64,000 nucleotides of DNA, from the IMG/VR virus record IMGVR_UViG_3300033233_000017, positions 1-64,000 of that record. One strand, written 5' to 3'. A program made the position numbers and the translations under genes. Shown here in pieces: positions 37,514 to 49,500 of the stretch (within the stretch, counting starts at the first letter, position 1; every line of letters starts with the position of its first letter). The notes beneath the pieces are model-generated. The model saw only the letters and a list, made by a program, of their open reading frames with translations. It was not told the DNA's origin and ran no database searches. The DNA is from a virus.

Positions 37514-37983
37514 ATATACTCGACGAAACAGTGGACTGGCAGGAAGCAGACACAGACAGCCCCCCGGTGTTGCGTTTCTTCGTTCCCGGAATCCCCCGAC
37601 CCGGAGGCAGCAAGAAGGGCTTTTATAACGCCAAGATGCGGCGCGTCATCATCACGGAGGACTGCAAAAAGAACAAAGACTGGCGGGCAAGCGTGGCGCT
37701 GTGTGCGTCGGAAGCCTGCAAGTCGCCGCTGCAAGGGCCACTGAAGTTCACGTTCAGGTTCCTGCTTCCGCGACCTAAAGGCCATTTCGGGAAGCGCGGG
37801 TTGCTGGCGTCCGCGCCCAAATATCCGACCACAAAGCCAGATGGCAGTAAGCTCGCTAGGGGAACGGAAGATTCGCTGACCGGCATCGTATGGCGTGACG
37901 ATGCCCAAGTGGTGCGGCAGACGGTAAGCAAAGACTACACCCTAGACACGCCGGGATGCTGGATCACAGTGGAGGAGTTGTGA
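37510..37983 (+). CDS. rusA: RusA-family Holliday junction resolvase
   Basis: FFVPGIPRPGGSK...KPDGSKLARGTEDSLTGIVWRDDAQVV. Confidence 0.9.
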   Translation: MNILDETVDWQEADTDSPPVLRFFVPGIPRPGGSKKGFYNAKMRRVIITEDCKKNKDWRASVALCASEACKSPLQGPLKFTFRFLLPRPKGHFGKRGLLASAPKYPTTKPDGSKLARGTEDSLTGIVWRDDAQVVRQTVSKDYTLDTPGCWITVEEL

Positions 37984-38912
37984 ACTCGATGAACAGTTGG
38001 CATAGCTATCCATCCATATACAATCTCGGGCACCGCTACATCGCGGACCTACTCACCGTGCCCGTAAACGTGGAAGAAAAAATTGACGGGTCGCAGTTCT
38101 CTTGGGGGACCACAGAGGACGGCGAGATCATGATTCGGTCCAAGGGCGCGGTCATGATTACCGACGCTCCAGAGAAGATGTTCACGGCGGCGGTGGCTAC
38201 CGTCAAGGAACTCGCGCCAATTCTGCATCCCGGTTGGACCTATCGCGCGGAGTACCTCGCCAAGCCCAAACACAATGCTTTGGCGTACGACCGAATCCCC
38301 AAACGGAACGTCATACTGTTCGACGTGAGCACAGGGGAAGAGTCCTACTTGTCGTACTCCGACAAGCAGATGGAAGCGGAACGGATCGGGTTGGAGTGCG
38401 TTCCGCTGCTACACACTGGGTCTATCGCCAATGTGGAAGAATTCCGCGCCTTCTTGGATAGGGAGAGTGTGCTCGGTGGGCAGAAGATCGAAGGCGTGGT
38501 GGTTAAGCCCTCCAGTTACAACCTGTTCGGCAAGGACAAGAAATGCCTCATGGGGAAGTTCGTCAGCGAAGCGTTCAAAGAGGTTCACACGAAAGAGTGG
38601 AAGAATACAAACCCTTCGCAGAACGACATCCTCGATCTGCTGGGAGCGTCATATCGCACCCCTGCTCGGTGGAACAAGGCCGTGCTGCACTTGACCGAGA
38701 TCGGCGCGCTTGAGGGCTCTCCGAAAGATATCGGTTCCCTCATGAAAGAGGTTCCAGCAGACATCGAGAAGGAATGCGCCGACGAGATCAAAGAAAAGCT
38801 GTACGCCTGGGCTTGGCCGCACATCCGGCGTAAGGTAGTTTCTGGCCTTCCTGAGTGGTACAAAGGCGAGCTTCTTAACTCCCAATTCACAATCCCGGAG
38901 CCAACCAAATGA
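37980..38912 (+). CDS. ATP-dependent RNA ligase (Rnl2-like)
   Basis: EEKIDGSQ (motif I), AEY, LFDV, EGVVVK, KFVSEAFKE. Confidence 0.8.
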   Translation: MNSMNSWHSYPSIYNLGHRYIADLLTVPVNVEEKIDGSQFSWGTTEDGEIMIRSKGAVMITDAPEKMFTAAVATVKELAPILHPGWTYRAEYLAKPKHNALAYDRIPKRNVILFDVSTGEESYLSYSDKQMEAERIGLECVPLLHTGSIANVEEFRAFLDRESVLGGQKIEGVVVKPSSYNLFGKDKKCLMGKFVSEAFKEVHTKEWKNTNPSQNDILDLLGASYRTPARWNKAVLHLTEIGALEGSPKDIGSLMKEVPADIEKECADEIKEKLYAWAWPHIRRKVVSGLPEWYKGELLNSQFTIPEPTK

Positions 38913-40261
38913 ACCCAATCTCATCACAAACATACGTTGAAGCAGCGGACTATTTCCGCAATTCGCAGCGACCGGAACAAGCGGAATTCTTCTATCGCCA
39001 AGGGCTGGTGCTCGATCCTGAATATGAGCCCGCGCTGAAGGGGCTAACTACGCTCCTGCCTATGCGGGGTCGCTATGCCGAAGCCGAACGCATGGCGAAG
39101 ACTCTCCTGGAACTCTACCCCCAGAGCGCCTGGGCTCATGCCACGCTCTGCCAAATCGACTTTCATCGAGGCAAGATCTACGACGCCTACGGGCACATCG
39201 AGCAGGCGTTGTTCCTGGACCAGAAAGAACCGTCGTTCTGCCGCCGCAAGGCGCACCTACTCCAGATCCTCGGGGACTTTTCCGCCAGCCTGGAGTGGTG
39301 GTCGAAGGCGATTGAACTCTTCCCGCTAGACCCGTCGCTCCGCACCATGCGGGCTATGGCGAATCTGACGCTCGGAAACTGGGAGGAAGGACTTCCGGAA
39401 TATGAGTTCCGATTGGCGCATACGCCTGTCATCCCGGCCAAAGGGGTCCCGAGATGGGCGGGAGATTCTCCGTTACGGGGGAAGAGGTTATTGCTGGTTC
39501 TCGAACAGGGAATCGGAGACTGCATCCAGTTCGTGCGCTTCACTGAGATTCTGTGTTGGGCTGGCGCGACCGTCAGCCTGTCCCTTCCCGAAACTCACGC
39601 GAAAGCGCTGACTCCGCTGTTCGATTGGGCGCTGCCTTTTGGCAGTATTGCTTCTCCCGACGACACCGATTTCGACTACTGGGTCCCGGCCATGTCTCTC
39701 CCGCTCCTGTGGAAATGGCGTTCACCTTCGCCGCAGTTGGCGTATGTGCGCATACCCAAAGATCCGGTTCCGCTTCCAGGGGATGCTCCGCACGTGGGCT
39801 TCTGCTGGGCTGGAAATCCGGAGCATCCGAATGACCGCTACCGCTCGATCCACCGATCCGAAGATGCGCTGGCACTCACCTCGGTCGAGGGCATCGACGG
39901 ATACTCGCTGCAATGGCTCGGAGATGGGGCCAACGCCGCGCCGATTCTGAATGGCAACCTGAACTCCGGGATCGCGCTGACCTCGTGGGTGGACACGGCT
40001 AGGTCAATCGAGCAACTGGATCTGGTCGTCACGGTCGATACCGCTATCGCGCACCTCGCCGGCGCGATGGGCAAGCCCGTGTGGTTGTTGGTCGCATCGA
40101 ACCCGGACTGGCGCTGGGGTTTGCGCGGAGAGAAGACCAACTGGTATCCGACTATGAAGATCTTCCGGTCTAGCGGGCTGGACAATTGGCAACCGGTGAT
40201 TGAGCGCGTGCGCGCCGACCTCGCGGCGCTGGTGGAGGAAAGGAGCGAAGCGCGTGCCTGA
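38909..40261 (+). CDS. TPR plus GT9-like glycosyltransferase
   Basis: N-terminal TPRs; EQGIGDCIQFVRF, WAGNP.H.NDRYRS, DLVVTVDTAIAHLAGAMG, DWRW. Confidence 0.85.
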   Translation: MNPISSQTYVEAADYFRNSQRPEQAEFFYRQGLVLDPEYEPALKGLTTLLPMRGRYAEAERMAKTLLELYPQSAWAHATLCQIDFHRGKIYDAYGHIEQALFLDQKEPSFCRRKAHLLQILGDFSASLEWWSKAIELFPLDPSLRTMRAMANLTLGNWEEGLPEYEFRLAHTPVIPAKGVPRWAGDSPLRGKRLLLVLEQGIGDCIQFVRFTEILCWAGATVSLSLPETHAKALTPLFDWALPFGSIASPDDTDFDYWVPAMSLPLLWKWRSPSPQLAYVRIPKDPVPLPGDAPHVGFCWAGNPEHPNDRYRSIHRSEDALALTSVEGIDGYSLQWLGDGANAAPILNGNLNSGIALTSWVDTARSIEQLDLVVTVDTAIAHLAGAMGKPVWLLVASNPDWRWGLRGEKTNWYPTMKIFRSSGLDNWQPVIERVRADLAALVEERSEARA

Positions 40262-41285
40262 GCAAGAACAGAAGGTCCTAATTTCGGAATGGATTTCCGC
40301 ATGGGCGGTGAACGATAAGCCCACTCAAGAACGGGCTAATCAGGGCTTGAATGCCACGGGTCTGTGGGCGTACGAGGCCGGTTCTGGGTTGCCAATAATC
40401 AGCCATTGGTATAACGGCCAGATTAAGCCAGGAATGCGTTTTATTTGGAATCCTGGGGGTACGGAACAAAAATGCCGAGTCACCCGTGTGACAACCGGAG
40501 GCGATGAGCCACTGGTGTGGTGCGTAGATGTGGCGGGCGGACCGGAGTTCTATAACGAGGAAAGCCATTTCCGGGCTATGGTAGCCCCAGTTGGTGAAGG
40601 GGGGCAATCGCGTGCCTAAAGGTGGAAGACTATGCCGCGTAAATCCCCACCGCTGTTAACCGTCTGCCGTAAGGGGCTGCATCCCTTTACAGAGGACAAC
40701 TGCACATACTACAACGGCCACCGCCGCTGTCGAGCCTGCATCCGCTTATCCAAGCGGCGGCAGGTGCTTCGCAATCGTAAGACGCAAGACCTTGATCCAG
40801 AAGTAGAGTTAGTCCGGCCCGCTGAAATTCCGCATGGGTTTTCGGTGCGCCCGGTTAAGGGGTTCTGGCCGAGCGTCATGCGCAGGCTATCACTGGTGCC
40901 CAAAGGACACGCGCTCAAGATCGACTTCGGAGCGGACTACTTACCCAATTTGCCTTATCTCTACGAAACGGCGCGGGCGGAAGGCGTCAAATTCCGCGCG
41001 ATTTGCCGTAACCAGATCACCTACCTAATTCGCACAGGATCATACGCTCATGCTCAAGGAACTGTGGATCGGTCTGCTGCATTGGCTCGGGTTTCATGAC
41101 TGGCAGGAATGCGGGTTTAGCTACGTCTCCCCGCTGACCACCACGACGCTGCAAGGAGAACCGGATAGTTTCATGCCGGTTCTGCACGGAGCGTCTCACC
41201 TCTACTTCCGCTGCTCTCGTTGCCCAGATGCAGTGAAGGAAGTTATCGTCTCCGGAAATTTTCGGGCAACGTCACGGAGGGCGGA

Positions 41286-42383
41286 GTGATACACGTTGCT
41301 ATGCCTACGGGCGATTTCCATGGATGGGGCGTCTGCGGGACGCAACTGCTGAAACACATCCCCGGCGCAACCCCTATCGAGGATTTCGAATTCCCACTCA
41401 TAGTGGGCAATCCGGTGCTCCAGGCCATCCAGGGTGTCAATCTACTGCCGCTGCGACCGAATATCTCAAGTTCGGTCGCCAACATCGGTTACGCCTTCAT
41501 CGAAGACGACGAACTGGTCAAGCGGTACGTGCCCAACGGGGAACGCTACTTCGACCACATCGTCGGCGGCAGCAGGTGGTGTGCGCAGATTCTCCGCAAC
41601 GCGGGGCTCAAGAACGTGTCGGACATCCCGCAGGGCGTGGACTATGAGCAGTTCAGCGCATTCACCCCCGCGAATCGAACCCGCTATCGGGATGACTTCG
41701 TGATCTACAGCGGCGGCAAGATCGAGTACCGCAAGGGCACGGATCTAGTCATCGAAGCGGTGCGCGTCATGATGCAGCGGCACGACAATGTTCGGCTCCT
41801 GCCCATGTGGTACAACCCATGGCCGGAGACCATGAAGACGCTGGCACAGTCACGGCTCGAACTGAACCTGTCACTATGCACAAACAGCCCCTACGCCTGC
41901 GTCAACTTCATCCACGACACCCTGCATCGCAACGGCATCCCACTTGACCGGGTGATCCCGATCCGGCAAGTGCCCAACGGGGCGGCGGTAGCCGAGTACA
42001 TCCACAACTGCGACGTGGGCCTGTTCGCCAGCCGCTGCGAAGGCGGCACGAATCTAGGGCTCATGGAGACGCTGGCTTGCGGGATACCCTGCATCGCCAG
42101 TAATAACACCGGGCACGAGGACGTAATTGACGAGGGGGTGTTGCCGCTGTACAAGCAGACTCCCGTGCTCACATCCGGAGTCCATACGTGGTACGAGTCC
42201 GACGTGGAAGAGATGATTGAGGCGCTGGAGTGGTGCTACAGACACCGGGGCGACGCCGAGTACCGCGAGATGGGGGATCTGGCACGCCAGTGGATGCGGC
42301 TCAACTTCACTTGGGACGGCGCAGCGAAGCAGTTTATGGACATTGCGCGCGTATGCGCGCGTACGTCAGAGGAAGGAAAGTGA
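41286..42383 (+). CDS. GT4-family (GT-B) glycosyltransferase
   Basis: GKIEYRKGTD...SRCEGGTNLGLMETLACGIPCI. Confidence 0.85.
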   Translation: MIHVAMPTGDFHGWGVCGTQLLKHIPGATPIEDFEFPLIVGNPVLQAIQGVNLLPLRPNISSSVANIGYAFIEDDELVKRYVPNGERYFDHIVGGSRWCAQILRNAGLKNVSDIPQGVDYEQFSAFTPANRTRYRDDFVIYSGGKIEYRKGTDLVIEAVRVMMQRHDNVRLLPMWYNPWPETMKTLAQSRLELNLSLCTNSPYACVNFIHDTLHRNGIPLDRVIPIRQVPNGAAVAEYIHNCDVGLFASRCEGGTNLGLMETLACGIPCIASNNTGHEDVIDEGVLPLYKQTPVLTSGVHTWYESDVEEMIEALEWCYRHRGDAEYREMGDLARQWMRLNFTWDGAAKQFMDIARVCARTSEEGK

Positions 42384-42458
42384 ACGCACAAGAGTTGTAC
42401 CTAAACGACGGCGGGACCCGGCAAGAAAATGGGCAGGTAATGGTTCGGGTGAGGAACC

Positions 42459-43079
42459 ATGACTGACGAACTCGCGCTGTTTCTGAAGCACTGCCGGGAA
42501 GATATCTACCCAGAGCCGGACAACGAAGGCTCCCGGCAACTGATTCAGCGGCAGTGGCGTGAATTTTTGAATCAGTGCCGCGACCTGCCGCTCCCGGCCA
42601 ACATCCTCGATCTCGGATGCGGGAATGGAGAATCCTTGCGCTTGATGCGGGCGGCGGGCCATTTCCCGACCGGGCTGACAGCGAACCCGGTTGAGTTTGA
42701 GAGCCTGATCGGGGAAGGGTTTGCTATCTCCTGCGTGGACATGCACGAGGCCGAATTCGAGCCTGGGTACTTCCACGCGATCTGGGCTCGGCATATACTG
42801 GAACACAGCCCGATCCCATATTTCATGCTGGCTAAGATCAATCGGGCGTTGTGCATCGGAGGGTATCTCTACGTGGAGGTTCCTTGCCCTGCTACCGACA
42901 GCCGCCACGAGCAGAACCGCCAGCACTTCTCGGTGCTCGGGTGGGAAATGTGGCACGCCCTGTTCTGCCGCAGCGGTTTTAGGAGCCTCTCATCACGCAG
43001 CATTCCAATTTGCACGGAAGGCGGATGGAATGACCGGTACTGGGAGTTCTGCTTGCAGAAGGTAACTGAGCGAGGATAG
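42459..43079 (+). CDS. Class I SAM-dependent methyltransferase
   Basis: ILDLGCGNG, DMH, HILEHS, GGYLYVEVP. Confidence 0.85.
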   Translation: MTDELALFLKHCREDIYPEPDNEGSRQLIQRQWREFLNQCRDLPLPANILDLGCGNGESLRLMRAAGHFPTGLTANPVEFESLIGEGFAISCVDMHEAEFEPGYFHAIWARHILEHSPIPYFMLAKINRALCIGGYLYVEVPCPATDSRHEQNRQHFSVLGWEMWHALFCRSGFRSLSSRSIPICTEGGWNDRYWEFCLQKVTERG

Positions 43080-43559
43080 TTTGGGAACATTCAAGGGAGG
43101 CGGCATGAGCGAAGGAGAAGCGCGACAGGCGCGGGGCTTGGGACCATGGAACCAGGAACAGGTGGGCCGCACTATCGGCCAGATCATCGGGGAGATCGAC
43201 GCGGAACGTCTCGCGGCGAACAGCACTTCGGGGCAAGAACTCAACGCGGCCATGGAGCAGGGACGCAACCGGGCACGAGAAGAAACTCGCAATGCCCCTG
43301 TGCCGGAAATCCCAGGGCAACTCGTAACGCTGAGCCAATCTTCGGTTTGGCTTGACGCTTTGCGTCGGAGATCCCCGTTCGGAGTGACTTTAGCGGCTGA
43401 CGCCTTTTTTATCCGAACGGCTTCCGCTTCCGAATCCGGAGAAATTGGTGGACGCATCCAGTACTCTGCGTCGAGCGTACTGGAACCGCCGAAGTCTCCA
43501 GAACCGGAGATCCCTCCGCTGCGTCCCGTGCGCCGGATCAATTTGGACGATTGAGGATC

Positions 43560-46500
43560 TTATTTGCGCGGAGGTTCAACTACTTTTTTGAACCGTACAT
43601 CTGGCGCATTTCCTCCGCGAAGGATTTTGGCCCTTTCTCTTGAAAGACTTCGGCTAGGTGGTTGACCCGAGCCTGCTTTGCGAACTGCTCCTTCGCCTGC
43701 GCCTTGGCTCGGTTCACTGCCTCCTTCGGCCACGTTATGCTGTCTTGCGAGGATTCCGGATCGGACTCTTGGGCTGGCATACCTGTAGAAATCATAGACC
43801 CTCTCTCCGTGGTGTTCAAAGACTTTCTGCAACATATCGGACATCAGGGAAATGTCTTCCTCCAACGTCAACCCCAGACGGGCATAGCCACCAGACATCC
43901 CATCCGCCATCACTTCTCGGACCAGCGTGTCCGGGTCTTGCTCGTACTCGTAGCGTTCTACCAACCGCTGCGATGCGCGGCGGTAGAGCGGGTGGATTTC
44001 CATGGACTCGTAATTAAACATCTTCCCGATGGCCGCTTGATGGCGGTGCTGTATCTCATGCCGGAAAGCGCCCTTGACGCTTGCCAGCGTTTGCCCTTCC
44101 GTTGTGACCATGACAAACCCGTGCTCGTCGTTGGTATTGATGGCGTGGTCGATAGCATCGGCCAACCGGATGAGCGCGCTCCGGGACTCGCTGGTCATGT
44201 TCGGGTACGGATCTTCCCGCAGCAGACCAGAGAGAGACGTGGCATCTTCGGCAGTGATGTGGACACCGCCAAAGCTCGGAACCGGTGTCTCATTGATGTG
44301 GGAGAACGCGGCGCGCAGCACCCGCATGGCAGCGTCATTAATGAAGAGATGCGCAGGCTTCGCTCCTGCCCTATCGCGGTAGCGGAAGTCGGCTTTCCCA
44401 AAGATGTCCATGGGCTTGTCGGTCGGAAGGACCGGGTTGTCGTTAAGGCCGGACGGAGCGCGCAGCGCCTTCGGAGGCTCCGCGACGGCGGTATTGCCGG
44501 CCTTCTGGAACTGCGGTTGCCCCTCGTAGAGCACGGACTTGCGCATCTCAGGAGTGATGTCGAGGGAGTGGAGTTCGTGGTATCTTGCGGGAACTCCTTT
44601 CATCCCCACTACGTCTTCTCCAGGGACGCGCACGGTCCCGACTTTCGCTCCCCACTTCTTAGCGTACTTGTTGGCGTAGGCGGGGAGGATCTTATCGTAG
44701 AAACTAGCCATCCCGGAGCCACCAACCTTCAGGTCTAGGCCAGAGTATTCCAATGCTTCACCTGTTGGTTTTGTTTGCGCGTCAGTGACGATCTTTTCTG
44801 CCAAGTCCTTCGGTTCGAATGTGCCGGGAACGATGTCATAGTCGCCTGACCCCTTGGGAGTGTAGGAAAGCGTAAATTTTCCATCACTCTGCTTCCGCGC
44901 CAGTACGGAGTCAATCTGTTTCGACAAGTCGTATCGTTCTGCCTGCTCGTAGTGCCGCACCGCTTCCGCGTGCTGGTCCCATATCTGCTGCACCTCTGCT
45001 GCGGGTGCTCCGTTGCGCTGTCGCCATTGGGCTTCGCGCTCCAACCTCCGCGCTTCTTCCGCCCACTCGGGTCCAGTCTTCCCGCCCGCTGGCGAGTGTG
45101 TGATCTCCTTGACTTCGACCGCGTTCTGCTTCAAGTAGTCGAGCACTTCGGCCTTGGAGACCTTCTGGCCTTTCTTGCTCTCCAGCCAGTCGTCCAGCCC
45201 GGTCCACTTCGCTTCATCGGCTTTTCCGAATTGACGCACGATGTTTGTGACCTGCTCCGCAGACGCAGCAGCAGGCATCTTCGCCTCCAGAGCTTTGGCG
45301 GTCGGAGAGAACCACATGGGCGCGAGTTGCGGCGGTTCTTCCACCGCTTCGGTAGTCTTCTGGAAACTTGGACCGCGAACGGGAGGCTTCGGTGTCTCTT
45401 GTATGCGCGCAGACGTGGGCGATTTCATCACCTCGTTAGTTACGTCAACCGCGTACGGTCCTTCCGCATCATGCTCAATCCTGAGTACGCGAGCAATGTT
45501 GGATGCGGGGATGGGTGTTTTGGATGAAAACTCGCCAGCACCTTCATGCACCAACGAAGCGGTTTTTTTTACCTCAAGCAGATAACCGGGCTTAGCGATG
45601 TAACTGGTCGCGATGCTTGGCCTATCACTAAAAAACGTAAGCCCCGCGTGCTGCGTCTTCTTTAGCCTCGCTGCTGTTTCACCACTGGATTCGATTTTCC
45701 CGGATGACAGGATCTTTTGAAGTTCCGCCTCTCCTTCAGATCCGCGATACACGTATCCGTCTTGTAGGCGAGAATGCCCATAGAACGCAATCTCCGCCGT
45801 GTTCGTGTCGGGCTCCTTGGCTGATGGGCGCGCATACGCCTTCCCGCCTAGCGGGATCTCGACCTTGTTGCCGTCCTTTCCCGAGAACTTAACCCGGTCG
45901 ATGGTGACGTTCTTTCCGTCCAGCGCGGCGCTTCCGGCGTACTGCTCTCCGCGCCCCGGCTTCACGTAGGCCACGGTCACGTGCGGCTTGTAGGTGGGGT
46001 GCGTGTCGGTGACTTCGAGCGCTCCGGAGATCTTCTTGTTGAGACGGCGCAGGTCCGGCGAGTCCACGTCGATCTTCACCACGTCGGCGTCGTCGTTCTG
46101 GGACAGCGAGGTCTTCCCGAGTTTTACCGTGACGGGTGGCTCGTTCGCGAGTAGCGCCCGCACTTTGGCCGGATCGCTCGTGTGCAATCCATACTTCACC
46201 GTAACGTGCGGCTCAGTCTCCCGACCATTGGCTGCGAGGTCCCTTCCGGGAATCTTGGCTGCTTCCGCCTTGACCTTGGACGCAAGGGACGCGGGCAGGT
46301 TCACCTGCGTCGATGAGAACTCGTGCCGCCACGGCTCGCTCTCCATCTCTTTGGACGGTGGTTCGCCAGTCCGCTGGAAGCGCGGTGGCGTTCTGGTGCG
46401 ACGGTGCCACATGCTCTGCGAATCCCGAAACTTGGTGCCAAGTTTGATCCCGGCGTCGGAGAGCATGTCACCGTACTTCTGCTGTTCCGACTGCGGGAAG

Positions 46501-49500
46501 CCTGCGATCACTTTGCCGTTCTTGGCGGTATGGATCGGCACCCCGGTGATCTCCGCCACTTTTTCAGCGTCGTTCCCGAAGAACTCGATGTAGTCTCCGT
46601 AGATGGAGCCGGTCAACGTCTGCTGCTTACGCCCGGTCGATTCGAACTTTCCGCCGCTCGCCTCCGATGCCAGATACTCCCTCAATGCGTCCTGCTCGTC
46701 CACGCCGTAATACGCGCCGACGTCCATCTTTTTCGACTCGCCCTGTACGATGCTGGACAGGGTTTTCATCTTCTCGGAGAAGACTTTGGCATTCCATCGG
46801 TCGATGGGGGTGTCTGCAAACAGGTAAAAGACGCGGCCCTTGGACTCGGTAGTCATGCGCCAGATGCGGCCCAGTAATTGCACATTGGACATCGCATCGA
46901 ACTCAGGCGTCATCACGACCACCGTGCGCGGGTGTTTCCCGGTAGTGTCGTCCAGATTGATACCGGTGCCACCCGATTTCGCGGTAGCGATCACGATGTC
47001 GGCTTCGTTGTCCTGGAAACGGCGCATAGCCTCTGCGCCCTTCTCTTCCGCGCCTCCGTGGAGTTCCGCGATCCGGCTCGGGTCGATCCCGGCCTTGATG
47101 AGTTCCGCCTTGAGCGTCTTCGCGGTGCCTTCGGAGGAGTAGATCACTTCTTCCCACTCGTCCACGACCTCGCCATACTGGTTGCGGAGCTTGTGCTTGT
47201 TCTTAACGTCAGAGCGATTCACCCGGCTCGTGAAGATGATGACCTTGCGACCTTCGGCTAGTTCCTTCTGCGCCAGTTTGATGGTGCTCGCCACTTTGAA
47301 CGGTTCCTGCTGGCGGCGCAGGTGCATCAGGCGCACAGCCGGATTTGGCGTCATCATCGCTTTGTCGATGAAGTCCAGGTCCGCCTTGCCCTCTGCGGGG
47401 AGTACCATGTTCAGAGCGTGGATGTCGAGACCGTCAAGGGAAATCTCCTCTTTGCGCATCTTGCCCTGCTCGATCATGCGACCGAACAGCGCGGTGAAGT
47501 TCTTGCGGACTTGCGCCGGGGTGAACCCTTTTCGAATCTCCCAACGGGTAAATGTCTGTCCCTTGGAGTTCTCGTGTTCCACCAACTCCATGCCCAGTTT
47601 GGCGATGGCGGCAGCTTCCGACTGGCCTTCCAGGATGCCGATGCGCTTCAGATAACCGATGTGATAGGGTTTGTCGGCAGGCGTGGCGGTGAGGAATAGG
47701 ACGCCGTGGGCATCGTCGGCCAACCGGGTGATGATCCCAGAGCGGGCAGACGATCCGATGTTCTTGGCCGCGTGTGACTCTTCGCTAATAAACACCGTGT
47801 TCTTGTCCACGGGAGCGGTGCCGCACTTCTCGTACGTGGAGATGTAGAACTTTCCCGGCTCAAACTTAGTGATGCCCTCGTGGTAGCGGATCGGGGCGAT
47901 GCCGTACTCTTTGAGCCAGAATTCGTAGGAGCCCGTGGGCCAATCCGAGTTCGGTTTGGGGAACTTGAATACCTCTGCCGGACCGGCCAGAAAGACGGCT
48001 TTTCCTTGATCGAGGAAATACTTGGCGACGGCGGCGGAGGCCGGCGTCTTGCCGGAACCCGTGCCGCCCGCGTTCAACATCCCTCCGCCAGTCTCGATCT
48101 CCTTGGCGGCGGCGGCGGCGGCTTGTTCTTGATGCGGAGCCAGCGTTGCGGTCTTTGGCTTCGGAACGCTGGAAGCGCCCAGAGTCGGAGGGTTCCCGAC
48201 CGTGATTATTTGCTTGGATATTTTTCCAGTTGGAAGTTCTTGTGAGCGTCCGGATGCTGCTTCATTATTTGCAGCATGTCCATCAGCGCCAGATCCTCCA
48301 TGGAGGGGCCTTCCGAGTCCCAGATCTGCTCCGGCGTTGGGTTGCGGATGACCCGGACCTGCTCCTGTGGCTGGCTTGGCGGTTCCGAGCGTGGGCGGTG
48401 CGACCGGGGCGGATTGGGCATTTTCAGCATATTTGGCCTTCAGGTCTGGAAACGCTGCGAGGTGGCGCTGGAGGCGCTCATCCCCGAGCGAAACCTGCTT
48501 ACTTTCGATGATACTCTCGATCTGTTGCTTGTACCATCCCTTAAAGAAGTCCTGAAACTCCTCGATGTCGGACTTCGACATCGAGGCAGGGAATTCAAAC
48601 GGAGGCGGTTCACCCCCCCCGTTCTGCTGGAAGTTGCCTACTTTTTTTTTAGCCTTCGCCGCTTGGAACTGTTCCAGCGCCTTCGCCATGACTTCATCCG
48701 GGGTCATGTCGAGGATGGTCTTGGGGGCATCGTTGCCCGAGCGGGGAGCCTCTTTCTTAGGCGGTTCTGCGGGTTGGATCACCTCCTTCGAGGCTGGCCC
48801 GCTCGGGACTTTCTGGGACGCCTTCGGCGGCGCTGCTACCGCAGGCGCAAGGGCTTTGAGAATAGCTGAGACGTGGGCATCAGCGATGCGTTCCGCATTT
48901 TTCGCACCTTCTTCGGTGAATGACGCTACTCCCGCACGCTCCATCTCCGCTCGGACCAACTGGCGCTGGTCATAGCGCGGGTTGCCAAAATGCTTCGCGG
49001 TCTTCTCCGTGGGCCACTTATCTACGGGGATGGTGATAGTCGGATAGGTCTTTCCCGCTAACCTAAGACTTCCCGTGATGACACCATTCGCAACCTTGAT
49101 TGTGACTGGGAAATCGCGAACAGACTTGTCTGTGACCTTAACTGGTACTGCCTTCGCAGGCTTGGGTGGTCCCGCTACCGATGGCTTGGCATTCTCAGGC
49201 GCGGGTGGCTCTTTCGAGTAGATCGGCTTTACCACCAACTCCCCGCTCAGTTCGGGACTCTTCGCCTCAATCGGATTGTCGATGGCGAATGCGGACGCTT
49301 CTGTTCTCGCTCGGAGAACCTCCGTTCCGCTCTGTTGGTTGCTCGCTTCAAACCGCACAACCCGGTCCATAGATGGGTGAATCAGTACCGCGCCGTTCTC
49401 CGTTTCGGCACGCAGCCATCCGGTTGGTTTGCCGTGAATATCCAGAGATGAGGTCGCGCGATCCCGAAGAATCTCGATGGGGTCAACATATCGACCCAGA

